Source: Microcystaceae cyanobacterium (GTDB lineage Bacteria; Cyanobacteriota; Cyanobacteriia; Cyanobacteriales; Microcystaceae). Taken from it: DNA of 61,085 nucleotides. The position numbers and the translations under genes were made by a program. The notes under the pieces were generated by a model. The model saw only the letters and a program-made list of their open reading frames with translations, did not search any database and was not told where the DNA came from. Numbering within the stretch: the first letter of the stretch is position 1; every line of letters begins with the position of its first letter. Below are positions 9,331 to 18,758 of the stretch, one piece after another. The stretch is taken from assembly GCA_041746575.1 (NCBI GenBank), contig JBGTGT010000129.1, positions 1 to 61,085 of the forward strand, written 5' to 3'.

Positions 9331-10389
9331 CTACCCTATTCCCTGATGCCCCCATTGCAGTCCCAATCCTGCCTCAGAATTTGGTAATAATCGTCCATTA
9401 TCTACCATTAATCCGGTAAAAGGATCATCGATCAAATTGAGATGGCTATCTAAGTCAAGATAATCAGCAAGGGGAGCTAAATGTAACATTGCAGTGTTAC
9501 TTATACTACTGTCAGAATAACAACCAAACATCACTTTTAAGTTGCAAGCTTTAGCAATTTGAACCATGCGCCAGACCTCACTTAATCCTCCTGTTTTCAT
9601 TAGTTTTATGTTAATGCCTTGCACTTTATCGGCCAAAAAAGGAATATCTTTGCTATCGAAACAACTTTCATCGGCGAAAAGAGGGATAGGGGATCTTTGG
9701 GACAATTCTTTGAGACTTTCTTCTTCTCCTACCGCTAAAGGTTGTTCAATGTAATTGACGCCTTTATTAGCTAAATATTGACTCATTTTAACGGCATCTG
9801 TAAAATTCCAGCCTCCATTGGCATCGACGGTTAACGTTTTGTCAGAGGCAACTTGACGAATGATATTAAACATAGCGATATCAGCCTCAATTCCTGCAGG
9901 GTTTCCCAGTTTTATTTTAATAATCTCAGCGTCAACAATTTTTAACCAGTTTTGTAGTCTTTCTACAGCTTTTTCGGGAGAGTTGATGCCAATCGTCACA
10001 GAAATCGGTTTAATTTTTCCTAAGTCTAATCCCCAGATTTGCCAGAGGGGAAGACTGACTTTTTTCCCAAGCCAGTCCCATAAAGCGACGTCAATTCCAG
10101 CCTTGATGTAAGAAGGAATTTGCTTATTTTCAAGAAAATTCTCTATTTTTTGGCGTTCTAAGGGGTGAAAGGTTTCTAAATCAGGAATAATTTCTGAAAT
10201 TTGTTGCAAAACGGTTGCGATGGGAGGTCGTGTTTCCGTGGTAATTGAAAACGGAGAGATTTCGCCCCACCCTTCCCTATTTTCATGGCGGATTTTAAGC
10301 CATAAATTGGTATTTTCTGAGGTTGTTCCCCGACTAATGGTTAAGGCAAAGCGTTTGTGGATGGTAAACGGTTGGAGAATGATTTGCAT
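9331..10389 (-). CDS. Dipeptide epimerase, enolase superfamily (L-Ala-D/L-Glu epimerase / DgcA-like)
   Basis: ISRG, KIKLG, VDANGGW, IEQPL, ADES, NIKLMKTGG, DLDS motifs. Confidence 0.92.
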   Translation of the reverse strand: MQIILQPFTIHKRFALTISRGTTSENTNLWLKIRHENREGWGEISPFSITTETRPPIATVLQQISEIIPDLETFHPLERQKIENFLENKQIPSYIKAGIDVALWDWLGKKVSLPLWQIWGLDLGKIKPISVTIGINSPEKAVERLQNWLKIVDAEIIKIKLGNPAGIEADIAMFNIIRQVASDKTLTVDANGGWNFTDAVKMSQYLANKGVNYIEQPLAVGEEESLKELSQRSPIPLFADESCFDSKDIPFLADKVQGINIKLMKTGGLSEVWRMVQIAKACNLKVMFGCYSDSSISNTAMLHLAPLADYLDLDSHLNLIDDPFTGLMVDNGRLLPNSEAGLGLQWGHQGIG

Positions 10390-10458
10390 GATCGGGGAGT
10401 GATGTGAGATAATGAGTGATTGCGTGTAAATTTGTCTAGATCTTGCCTCTGTAATGTT

Positions 10459-10653
10459 ATGGCCAGTAAAAAAGGTGTCCGTATTATTATCACTTTAGAG
10501 TGTACCGAATGTCGCAGTAATCCCGACAAGCGATCGCCCGGTGTTTCCCGTTATACCACCATGAAGAACCGTCGGAATACAACGGGTAGAATGGAATTGA
10601 AGAAATTCTGTACTCATTGTAATAAACACACAGTTCACAAAGAAACCAAATAA
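10459..10653 (+). CDS. rpmG: 50S ribosomal protein L33
   Basis: [18 protein letters not shown]...[28 protein letters not shown]. Confidence 0.97.
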   Translation: MASKKGVRIIITLECTECRSNPDKRSPGVSRYTTMKNRRNTTGRMELKKFCTHCNKHTVHKETK

Positions 10654-10685
10654 GTTGAAATTAAGGTATTTTAAGGAAGTTTAGT

Positions 10686-10901
10686 ATGGCTTACTATCGC
10701 AAACGTCTGTCACCGATTCCCCCTAGTCAACCGATTGACTATAAGGATACGGAATTATTACGCAAGTTTATCACCGAGAGAGGCAAAATTTTGCCCCGTC
10801 GCATTACGGGATTAACCGCTAAACAGCAACGTGCTTTAACCACGGCGGTTAAACGAGCGCGAACTGTTGCTTTATTGCCTTTTGTCAATCAAGAAGCCTA
10901 A
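10686..10901 (+). CDS. rpsR: 30S ribosomal protein S18
   Basis: [24 protein letters not shown]. Confidence 0.98.
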   Translation: MAYYRKRLSPIPPSQPIDYKDTELLRKFITERGKILPRRITGLTAKQQRALTTAVKRARTVALLPFVNQEA

Positions 10902-10905
10902 AGTT

Positions 10906-10933
10906 CAGTGAGCAGTAACCAGTGACCAGTGAC
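10906..10933 (+). repeat. Heptamer tandem repeat (STRR-like)
   Basis: CAGTGAG CAGTAAC CAGTGAC CAGTGAC; complementary TCACTGGT at 10973-10980. Confidence 0.7.
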
Positions 10934-11047
10934 CCATCATCAGTTAGAATTTATTAAAGGATTCGGCTGTCTTCACTGGTTTTGGGTTTTAAGGTAAAAA
11001 AAAGTTTTTGCTGCCGGCGTCTGCTATATCGAGGAGAATCAGAATTT

Positions 11048-11743
11048 ATGGCGGTTATTCGTTCAGAAATCAATATTGCTGACTTTATTGATCACGCTAT
11101 TTTGAATCCAACGGCAACGCCTCAAGAGGTTGAAAAAGCTTGCCGAGAAGCCGATCAATTTCAGTTTCCCACCGTTTGTGTTTATCCTTCGGCAGTTAAA
11201 CAGGCGGTGGAATTATTACATAACCGTAAACCCCAAGTTTGTGCGGTAATTGGGTTTCCTTCGGGTGCCACAACATCAGCCGTAAAATGTTATGAGGCGC
11301 AGGAGGCGGCAGCAAATGGCGCAACGGAGTTAGATGTCGTGATTAATTTAGGGTGGTTGAAAGCAGGGAAATCTGAGGATATTTATCGGGAAATTGCTCA
11401 AATCTGTGAAGAAACAGGGCAAATAATTAAGGCAATTTTAGAAACGCGCGTTTTAACGGATACCGAAAAGCGTCTAGTGGCGGAAATTTGTCTGGATGCG
11501 GGGGTTTCTTTCCTGAAAACCAGTACAGGATGGTTTGGGGGTGCAACGGTGGAAGATGTGCAGTTATTACATCAAATTGCGAAAGGAAGAGTGGGGATTA
11601 AAGCATCGGGAGGCATTCGCAGTTTAAATCAAGCGTTAGATTTGATTGAGGCAGGTGCGACGCGTTTAGGCACATCAAAAGGGGTTGAATTGATACGACA
11701 GCAACAGAATCAGTCTTCTGAGGAGTACGATTCAACGTATTAG
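11048..11743 (+). CDS. deoC: Deoxyribose-phosphate aldolase
   Basis: IDHA.L.P, VIGFPSG, ELDVVIN, KAILET, KTSTG, KASGGIR, RLGTS; ATG at 11048. Confidence 0.95.
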   Translation: MAVIRSEINIADFIDHAILNPTATPQEVEKACREADQFQFPTVCVYPSAVKQAVELLHNRKPQVCAVIGFPSGATTSAVKCYEAQEAAANGATELDVVINLGWLKAGKSEDIYREIAQICEETGQIIKAILETRVLTDTEKRLVAEICLDAGVSFLKTSTGWFGGATVEDVQLLHQIAKGRVGIKASGGIRSLNQALDLIEAGATRLGTSKGVELIRQQQNQSSEEYDSTY

Positions 11744-11850
11744 ATCGATCTAAAGTTAAATATTACAGTATAATAATTTAACAAAATTTGAGTGATTATC
11801 AAGTAATTAAGCAATAAATCCGCTTCACGTTCCTTTAAAACAACTTTATA

Positions 11851-12750
11851 CTACGCTGAAAAAGCAGGAAAACAGAGTCGTAAATAAATCTCACGGGTTT
11901 CATCCTTAAAAGCGCGCCGTCCGTGCATAATTCGAGTATTATCTAACATTAAGATGTCCCCTTTTTGCCATTGAATTTCTACAGTAATTTTTTCGGCAAT
12001 TTCATTCAATTCTGCTATGATTTCAGCGTTGATTTTTGAATCATCTTCAAAGGAAACACTATCTGGCGCAATTACTTTGGTCGGTAGAATGCTATTGATA
12101 AAAATAAAAGATTTTCCTGATAAATTCGGATAAATAGCAGGGCAAATATAATGGAGATTAAGGGATTGATCTTGATTGATTTGGACATGAATATCACTTT
12201 CTCGGCATATCTGTTGAACAACGCTTAAATCATTAGTTTTGTATCGTTTTTGCCATGTTTTTTGATCTAAACAAGCTTGATATTTTAACTTTTTTTGCTG
12301 AAATAAATCTTTGAGGGGTTGACTCAATTCATCATAAAAGCGTTTGCCATCACCAATAATCGTTTCACCCGCATTAGAAGCAGGATTGACACAGAAAAAC
12401 CAAAGCAAATGGGGAATTTTTTTTTGATAGTACATTTCGCCATGAAGTTTAATACCATGATTAAAATCATTGACACTTAAGACGGTGGCATCTCCCTTGA
12501 TCGCTTTCCGGTTAAAGACTCCACCGGTATAGTCCATAAAGTTTTGACTTAATTGATTGGTAAATTGGGTAAAGTCATCAACACAGGTAGTAAATCCTCT
12601 AAATAATAAAGCCCCTTCCTTTTGAAACAAACGAATAATTTCTGTTTTATTCAAATCAAATAGGTAAGTGTGGGGAGAAGCTAGAATAATTTGACCGAGG
12701 GTATTTGATAAGGGGTGAATATCAAGTTTTGGGATATTTTGTTGAATCAT
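11851..12750 (-). CDS. TauD/TfdA family Fe(II)/2-oxoglutarate dioxygenase (SyrP-like)
   Basis: GALLFRGF, LHGEMYY, FFC..P...GET.I.DG, WQKGDILMLDN...MHGRRAF. Confidence 0.88.
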   Translation of the reverse strand: MIQQNIPKLDIHPLSNTLGQIILASPHTYLFDLNKTEIIRLFQKEGALLFRGFTTCVDDFTQFTNQLSQNFMDYTGGVFNRKAIKGDATVLSVNDFNHGIKLHGEMYYQKKIPHLLWFFCVNPASNAGETIIGDGKRFYDELSQPLKDLFQQKKLKYQACLDQKTWQKRYKTNDLSVVQQICRESDIHVQINQDQSLNLHYICPAIYPNLSGKSFIFINSILPTKVIAPDSVSFEDDSKINAEIIAELNEIAEKITVEIQWQKGDILMLDNTRIMHGRRAFKDETREIYLRLCFPAFSA

Positions 12751-12985
12751 TTTTAACGCCCGTTTTGTCAAAGATGAAGTTAGATAATGTCCGTCTGGAA
12801 TTAAAGTTTTATGATGATGTTGGTCAAAATATCGCGCAACCTGAATCTTGAGCCCTATAAATTACCTTAAAATTGATGATGGATAACCGTTAGAAGATTT
12901 AGGCGTTGATCTCAAATCTGAAAAAGAAAGACAATGATGACTTTGAGATATAATGACTTTGATATATCGCCTCTTCTTAGACTTC

Positions 12986-13636
12986 ATGGTTTCCTCTTCT
13001 CAAACCTCGTGGCAAGAACTCATCCCAATTGAGCAAATTCGCTTTAATGAACAAGGCTTAATTCCAGCGATCGCACAGGATTACTTAGATGGTACAGTCT
13101 TAATGTTAGCATGGATGAATCGAGAATCTTTGCAGAAAACCTTAGAAACGGGAGAAGTTTGGTATTGGAGTCGTTCCCGTCAAGAATTATGGCATAAAGG
13201 GGCAACGTCAGGTTACTTTCAAAAGGTCAAAGCCATTCGCTATGATTGTGATAGTGATGCTTTGTTAATTACCATTGAACAGTTGGGAGATATTGCTTGT
13301 CATACGGGGGAAAGAAGTTGTTTTCATCAAACCCATCCGCAAAAAATTGCCCCGCTAGCGGATACCCTCTCGGAAGTGTTTAGAGTCATCTGTAATCGTC
13401 GGGATTATCCGTTAGAAACCTCCTATACTTGTCAACTGTTAGGGGGAGGCGATAATAAGATTCTCAAGAAAATTGGTGAGGAGACGGCAGAAGTAGTGAT
13501 GGCGTGCAAAGACGACGATAAAACCGCAATTGCGGGGGAAGTTGCCGATTTATTCTATCATGCCTTGGTTGCGCTGGCGCATCATCAGGTCGATATTAGG
13601 GACGTCTATCGTCAATTACAATCCCGTCGTCGTTAA
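12986..13636 (+). CDS. hisIE: Phosphoribosyl-AMP cyclohydrolase / phosphoribosyl-ATP pyrophosphatase
   Basis: [45 protein letters not shown]. Confidence 0.96.
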   Translation: MVSSSQTSWQELIPIEQIRFNEQGLIPAIAQDYLDGTVLMLAWMNRESLQKTLETGEVWYWSRSRQELWHKGATSGYFQKVKAIRYDCDSDALLITIEQLGDIACHTGERSCFHQTHPQKIAPLADTLSEVFRVICNRRDYPLETSYTCQLLGGGDNKILKKIGEETAEVVMACKDDDKTAIAGEVADLFYHALVALAHHQVDIRDVYRQLQSRRR

Positions 13637-13675
13637 CAGGGGTGAGAAAAGAAGAAGGATAGTCAAGAAAGGAGG

Positions 13676-13954
13676 TTAGGAGTACAATTTATCCTCATAA
13701 AAGGCTTCACAGCAAACAGGAGTAACTTTTCTAAGTCCTAAGCTTTCTAAGTATTCAATCCATGCCTCTGGGGTGTCTTCGATGGCAAGTAATCCTAGTA
13801 ACCTCGCCACATCAGCAATCCAAGGAAGTGTCGTAATGCGGTATCCTTGCCAATTGGTTTCTAAGGTTAACCAGTCTGGAATCTGGTGACAATTTAACGG
13901 TTTTGAGGTTTTGTAATCAGCGTAAAAGTAATAAACGGTGCTTTTTTTCGGCAT
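13676..13954 (-). CDS. Hypothetical protein
   Basis: 92-aa ORF filling the intergenic space; no family recognised. Confidence 0.7.
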   Translation of the reverse strand: MPKKSTVYYFYADYKTSKPLNCHQIPDWLTLETNWQGYRITTLPWIADVARLLGLLAIEDTPEAWIEYLESLGLRKVTPVCCEAFYEDKLYS

Positions 13955-14030
13955 TTTAATCTGGAATCAAGTTTCTTTAAAGAGTCAATCTGAATTATAG
14001 AGAAAGAATTCTAAATCTGCTATTAATATC

Positions 14031-14603
14031 CTAAAAAGAGGATTGAGGTTGACTTAAAAATGCTTCTTCTTCTGGGGTATTAATCCGACCTAAAATTGCA
14101 TTACGATGAGGAAAACGACCAAATTTTTTAATTACTTGATAATGGCGATAAGCATAATCAATCGAACTTTGACTATCAGGATAATCTTGAAGCGTAAGAA
14201 ATAATTCAAGAGATTTTTTTTGGTCTTCTAAACGTTCGCTGTGTTCAAAAGGAAGATAAATAAACCAACGTTGAACGGGGAGTAATATTTGATCAAATTG
14301 TTGAGAAATAGCATATTTTGTACAGCTTAAAGCGTGTTCATCGGTAGCGAATGCTTGGGGTTGATGACGAAAAATATTACGGGGAAATTGATCATAAATT
14401 AAAATTAATGCCAAACAATCATAGGGGGTATTCTGCCAATGATTCAGTTCTCCTAGCACTGCTTTTTGGTAAGTTGACAGAAAAAGCGATCGCACTTTTT
14501 GATCAAAGTCTTTATTTTTAACAAACCAGCTTTCTTTCGGTTTTCCATAATCTTGATCTTGAGGCGAACCAAACCAGAAATCTAATATTATTTGCGGATT
14601 CAT
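14031..14603 (-). CDS. DUF924 family protein
   Basis: ILDFWF, DQFPRNIFR, F.YLPFEHSE, FGRFPHRN. Confidence 0.92.
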   Translation of the reverse strand: MNPQIILDFWFGSPQDQDYGKPKESWFVKNKDFDQKVRSLFLSTYQKAVLGELNHWQNTPYDCLALILIYDQFPRNIFRHQPQAFATDEHALSCTKYAISQQFDQILLPVQRWFIYLPFEHSERLEDQKKSLELFLTLQDYPDSQSSIDYAYRHYQVIKKFGRFPHRNAILGRINTPEEEAFLSQPQSSF

Positions 14604-14698
14604 AAGTCAATTATCATCTTACTTTTTGCCTTAATTTAGCCATTGTAACTTAAAATTCAAAAGGGATTGCTTTCCCCCTTTACTCCCTTGATAAATCA

Positions 14699-15814
14699 AT
14701 GAATTTAGGACTGATTAACGTTTTTTTGCCACTCTTCAGCTTTGGAATGACAGTTGCCTTTTTAGGGGCAATTAAGCTACGCCTAGCGCAACGTTTACAC
14801 CTAAATGATGCTCAAATTGCCAGTTTTGTCAGTCTTGCACCTTTATCTAATGTAGTAGGAACATTGGTAGGAGGTTACTGGTTAGTGGGAATCAGCTATC
14901 AATTAGTGATTATCGGGGGATTTTTCAGTAGTATAATCAGCACTCTTCTATTTTCTCAGGTCAAAACTTCATTTCTATTAGTTGTTGCTGTCATTGCCCT
15001 AGGATTAGGCGGAAGTTGGCTTAATTTAGGAAGTAATGCTTTACTAGCGGCTTTAGTGCCTAATAATCTTGCTTCTATCACTAATCTTGCTCATGCTTGT
15101 TTTGGTATTGGCGCATTAATCTTACCGCTTTTTCTCTCTGCTTTACTGCGACGATTATCGTGGCGTTATGCCTTAGGCGTCTTTACTATTGTCTTAATTT
15201 TGCTGACGCTTCCTGCCTTGTTATCTTCCTATCCTGAAAGTGGAGGAATAATTATCAAGGAAAACAGCCCAAATTTACTGACAAATCCAATTATTGAACT
15301 AGCTATGTTAGCCTCTCTTTGTTATGTTGGAATAGAATCCTCTTTAGGTATTTGGACAACGACTTATCTAAGATATTTAGGCTGGGAAGAATTAACCGCC
15401 TCTAGTCTTGTCTCGCTGTTTTGGTTTGGGTTAACAGGGGGAAGGCTGATGGCGGGGTTTTGGATAACCTCAGAGAATAGTTTAGCGGCTATTCAAGGGT
15501 CTATGATAGTCATATTAATCACTTTAACAATCATGACGCTATTTCTAAAACGTTGGCTAAGCATTGTCGGTATCATCACCTTAGGACTTGCTTGTGCTTT
15601 GATTTTTCCGACTTTAGTGGGATGGTTATTTAGTCAATTTGATCCCCGTCTATCAGGAACGATTTATGCGTTAATATCAGGAACCGGGATGATTGGCTCT
15701 GCCCTATTTCCTTTTATATTAGGGAAAATATCGAATCAATTTTCCATTATTCGGGCTATTCAATTATTATTAATTCCGGGAAGTTGTTTGCTCGCTATCA
15801 GTTTCGCTTTATAA
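14699..15814 (+). CDS. MFS transporter (FucP/TsgA-like)
   Basis: About 12 hydrophobic segments; HACFGIGA, YVGIE, FW.G...GR, IFPT. Confidence 0.85.
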   Translation: MNLGLINVFLPLFSFGMTVAFLGAIKLRLAQRLHLNDAQIASFVSLAPLSNVVGTLVGGYWLVGISYQLVIIGGFFSSIISTLLFSQVKTSFLLVVAVIALGLGGSWLNLGSNALLAALVPNNLASITNLAHACFGIGALILPLFLSALLRRLSWRYALGVFTIVLILLTLPALLSSYPESGGIIIKENSPNLLTNPIIELAMLASLCYVGIESSLGIWTTTYLRYLGWEELTASSLVSLFWFGLTGGRLMAGFWITSENSLAAIQGSMIVILITLTIMTLFLKRWLSIVGIITLGLACALIFPTLVGWLFSQFDPRLSGTIYALISGTGMIGSALFPFILGKISNQFSIIRAIQLLLIPGSCLLAISFAL

Positions 15815-15931
15815 AAAAATTTAGTCGGGTTTCGGATATCTTGCCCGATTCAAGTTCGGTTTTAACGACAAAACCCTGCTCAAAGACAGCTTATATTAGA
15901 CATAACAACTACCGTTATTGATTCTTTTTTT

Positions 15932-16258
15932 ATGACGAACCATCCTGATCAAGCGATTTCAGAAAATTCAGCTAAACCGCAGATAGATAACCTATTATGG
16001 CAATATCTCCAAGGATTAGACCATGAAACCGTTAGCCATTTATCCCAACCCTCCTCTGAAGTGTTACAAATGATGGAACACAATATGATGCAAGTACTGG
16101 GGGGATTATCCGCGCCTCACTTTGATGTGCAAATTAGCACCAGTCGGGAGAATTTAGGTAAATTATTAGCATCCGCAATGATGAATGGCTATTTTCTACG
16201 TAAGGCTGAAGAAAGAATGAGTTTAGAACAACAATTTTCCTTAGCCGATCTTGAATAA
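15932..16258 (+). CDS. DUF760 family protein
   Basis: L.QY.Q, F.VQISTSRENL..LLASAMM.GYFLR.AE.R..LE. Confidence 0.9.
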   Translation: MTNHPDQAISENSAKPQIDNLLWQYLQGLDHETVSHLSQPSSEVLQMMEHNMMQVLGGLSAPHFDVQISTSRENLGKLLASAMMNGYFLRKAEERMSLEQQFSLADLE

Positions 16259-16296
16259 GTGTGCTGCTTAAAGTGAATTTGATGATTAAGTTACCA

Positions 16297-16328
16297 TCAG
16301 GGGGAGAATATCCCCCTTGACCATTTTT
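16297..16328. terminator. Hairpin between convergent DUF760 gene and plsY
   Basis: GGGGGA-GAATA-TCCCCC stem, T-run after. Confidence 0.55.
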
Positions 16329-16390
16329 ATCACTGTTTTCGTCCATCTTTCCCCCAAAAATGTTTTTAACCTCTAAAATCTAATAACAGG

Positions 16391-17059
16391 TTACTGATCA
16401 GGGTTTAGAGGCATCACCGTTTCTAATTTTTGACCGATTTTTGGTTCTGTTCCTTGTAAGAGACGTTCAATATTAGCTTGATGGCGAACAATAACGTAAA
16501 TTCCTGCAAAAATAGATAAAATAAGATAAGGGACGGGAGCATGAGCCATAATCATATAAATATTAATCGCAATTGCTCCGATAATTGACCCCAAAGAGAC
16601 AATGCCCGAAAGACCTAAAACCAGCAGAAACGTCCCTAAGGTTGCCAAACCGACTAAAGGAGTCATCGCCAGAAATACCCCTAAACTGGTAGCAACAGAT
16701 TTTCCTCCTGTGAAATTGAGGAAAATGGAACGACTATGACCGAAAATGGCGGCTACCCCTACCCATAAAACTAACCATGCTTGCCACGTCAGGGGAATGA
16801 GATCGACCTGTAAAAGTAAATAGGCGATCTTGACGATCATAACCGCTAATGCACCTTTAAGAACATCAAATAATAACACCGTAATTCCGGCCGGTTTGCC
16901 CAAGGTTCTTAATACATTTGTTGCCCCAGTAGATCCCGATCCCTCTTGACGAATATCAATCCCTTTGAGCCATTTTCCCGCCAAATAACCCGTTGGAATT
17001 GAACCGAGTAAATAACCGATTAAAATAAATAAACCACTGATAGCCATTATTGTCAGCAT
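16391..17059 (-). CDS. plsY: Glycerol-3-phosphate acyltransferase
   Basis: YLLGSIP, DIR..GSGSTGATN..R, D.LKG, GH, GGKSVAT, RH..NI.RL. Confidence 0.96.
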   Translation of the reverse strand: MLTIMAISGLFILIGYLLGSIPTGYLAGKWLKGIDIRQEGSGSTGATNVLRTLGKPAGITVLLFDVLKGALAVMIVKIAYLLLQVDLIPLTWQAWLVLWVGVAAIFGHSRSIFLNFTGGKSVATSLGVFLAMTPLVGLATLGTFLLVLGLSGIVSLGSIIGAIAINIYMIMAHAPVPYLILSIFAGIYVIVRHQANIERLLQGTEPKIGQKLETVMPLNPDQ

Positions 17060-17157
17060 TCTGATTTTCCTTATAATCTAGAATCGTCCAAAATTATACC
17101 AAAATTTGTGATAAGCTATTTCCCAATCCTTAACAATCAATCAACATTATTTCTGCT

Positions 17158-18075
17158 ATGAATGCGTCTAACACGAGAGGTCATTTACTCACTGAACAAA
17201 ATAATCCAAATAGTCAAAATTTAGATCAACTTACCGCCTTAGAAATCGTTGATTTATTTAACCAAGAAGACACAAAAACCATCGCCGCGATCGCTCAATC
17301 CCGTCATCAACTAGCCCAAGCTATTGATCTCACCACAGAAGCATTACGTCAAGGGGGACGATTATTCTACATCGGCGCAGGCACAAGTGGGCGTTTAGGA
17401 GTTCTCGATGCGGCCGAATGTCCCCCCACCTTTTGCACCCCTCCTGAGATGGTACAGGGCATTTTAGCTGGGGGAGCGTCCGCTTTAATCAAAAGTTCCG
17501 AAGCGTTAGAAGATCGCCCAGAAGAGGGAGCGCAGGCGATAGCAGATCATCACGTAAGCAACCTTGATGTAGTTGTTGGAATTACGGCAGGTGGAACCAC
17601 ACCTTATGTACATGGAGCATGGCAAGAAGCCCAGAAAAGAGGTGCGGGAACGGTTGCCATCAGTTGTGTCCCCGCAGAACAGGTTAAAATGCCCGTAGAT
17701 GTGGACATTCGTCTCCTGACGGGATCTGAAATCTTAGCGGGTTCGACGCGTTTAAAGGCAGGTACTGTGACGAAAATGGCCTTAAATATCCTATCGACGG
17801 GGGTAATGGTACGCTTAGGGAAAGTGTATGGCAATCGGATGGTGGATGTCTCTGTGACCAATCAAAAGCTAGAAGATAGGGCTTTAAGGATTCTCGAAGA
17901 TTTGACAGAATTAAGCCGAGAAGAAGCAAAAAGTCTTTTAAAGCGCAGTAGAAACCGAGTTAAATTAGCCTTATTGATGCAATGGAAAGGGTTAGAGGTT
18001 GAGGAAGCAGAAACCGTATTAAAACTGAATCAAGGCCAATTAAGAGCGGCATTAACAATACAATCTTCAGTTTAA
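17158..18075 (+). CDS. murQ: N-acetylmuramic acid 6-phosphate etherase
   Basis: LTEQ.NP, GAGTSGRLGVLDAAECPPTF, GSTRLKAGT, GKVYGNRMVD. Confidence 0.97.
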   Translation: MNASNTRGHLLTEQNNPNSQNLDQLTALEIVDLFNQEDTKTIAAIAQSRHQLAQAIDLTTEALRQGGRLFYIGAGTSGRLGVLDAAECPPTFCTPPEMVQGILAGGASALIKSSEALEDRPEEGAQAIADHHVSNLDVVVGITAGGTTPYVHGAWQEAQKRGAGTVAISCVPAEQVKMPVDVDIRLLTGSEILAGSTRLKAGTVTKMALNILSTGVMVRLGKVYGNRMVDVSVTNQKLEDRALRILEDLTELSREEAKSLLKRSRNRVKLALLMQWKGLEVEEAETVLKLNQGQLRAALTIQSSV

Positions 18076-18097
18076 AAGTGACCTCCAAAATAATAAT

Positions 18098-18463
18098 TTA
18101 AGATTCAATATCGTTATCAAAGACGGCTTGGTTATAGTGGTTTATTTCTGGGCTATTTCCTCCATATATATCAACGATATGTTGCTGACAACAATCAATG
18201 GCAAATTCATCAAATTCCTCAGGAGATATCTCAAACATTTGTTCAAATGTATCCACTCGAACTCGACAAAACCAAGGTCGTTTTTCATAAATTGCGCATT
18301 CTCGACGCTCTTTATTGTAATGAATACACCAGCCATTTTCTCCCACTAAACTTAGATAGTGATCTAAATCTTCTGGAGACAAATATTCCGACAATTCCGG
18401 GCGATCGCTGGGTTCAAGATAACAACACGCACCACATCCTTTGACACACTTCCAATGGGGCAT
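18098..18463 (-). CDS. YkgJ family cysteine-cluster protein
   Basis: C...CGACC ... C.H....R.C.IYE.RP.FCR. Confidence 0.9.
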   Translation of the reverse strand: MPHWKCVKGCGACCYLEPSDRPELSEYLSPEDLDHYLSLVGENGWCIHYNKERRECAIYEKRPWFCRVRVDTFEQMFEISPEEFDEFAIDCCQQHIVDIYGGNSPEINHYNQAVFDNDIES

Positions 18464-18532
18464 ATAAAGTTTTAGTTTAGAATAGTCTTCGTTCTTTATT
18501 TTAACGTCAGTTCCGTTTCAATAAAAGCTTCA

Positions 18533-18684
18533 ACGTGAGTTCGATCCTCAAAAAATCTACGAGTCTTTTTTATTTAATTTTTTTTGTGCAGGGGGTTTGG
18601 GGGGCTAGTCCCCCAATCAAGAATTTGTTTTTCTTTTTAGAATAGACAAAAGGATTAAAATAATTGCCCTCGTCAAACTCACGT
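18533..18684. mobile_element. 152-bp MITE-like element with TIRs and 7-bp target site duplication
   Basis: Left ACGTGAGTTCGAT, right GTCAAACTCACGT (11/13 inverted match); AGCTTCA on both flanks (18526-18532, 18685-18691); no ORF. Confidence 0.85.
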
Positions 18685-18758
18685 AGCTTCAGTTTAAATA
18701 AGCGTTCTAATTTTCCCTTCCCTTGTTCTTAATACATCCTTTAAAAATGAGATAGCTT

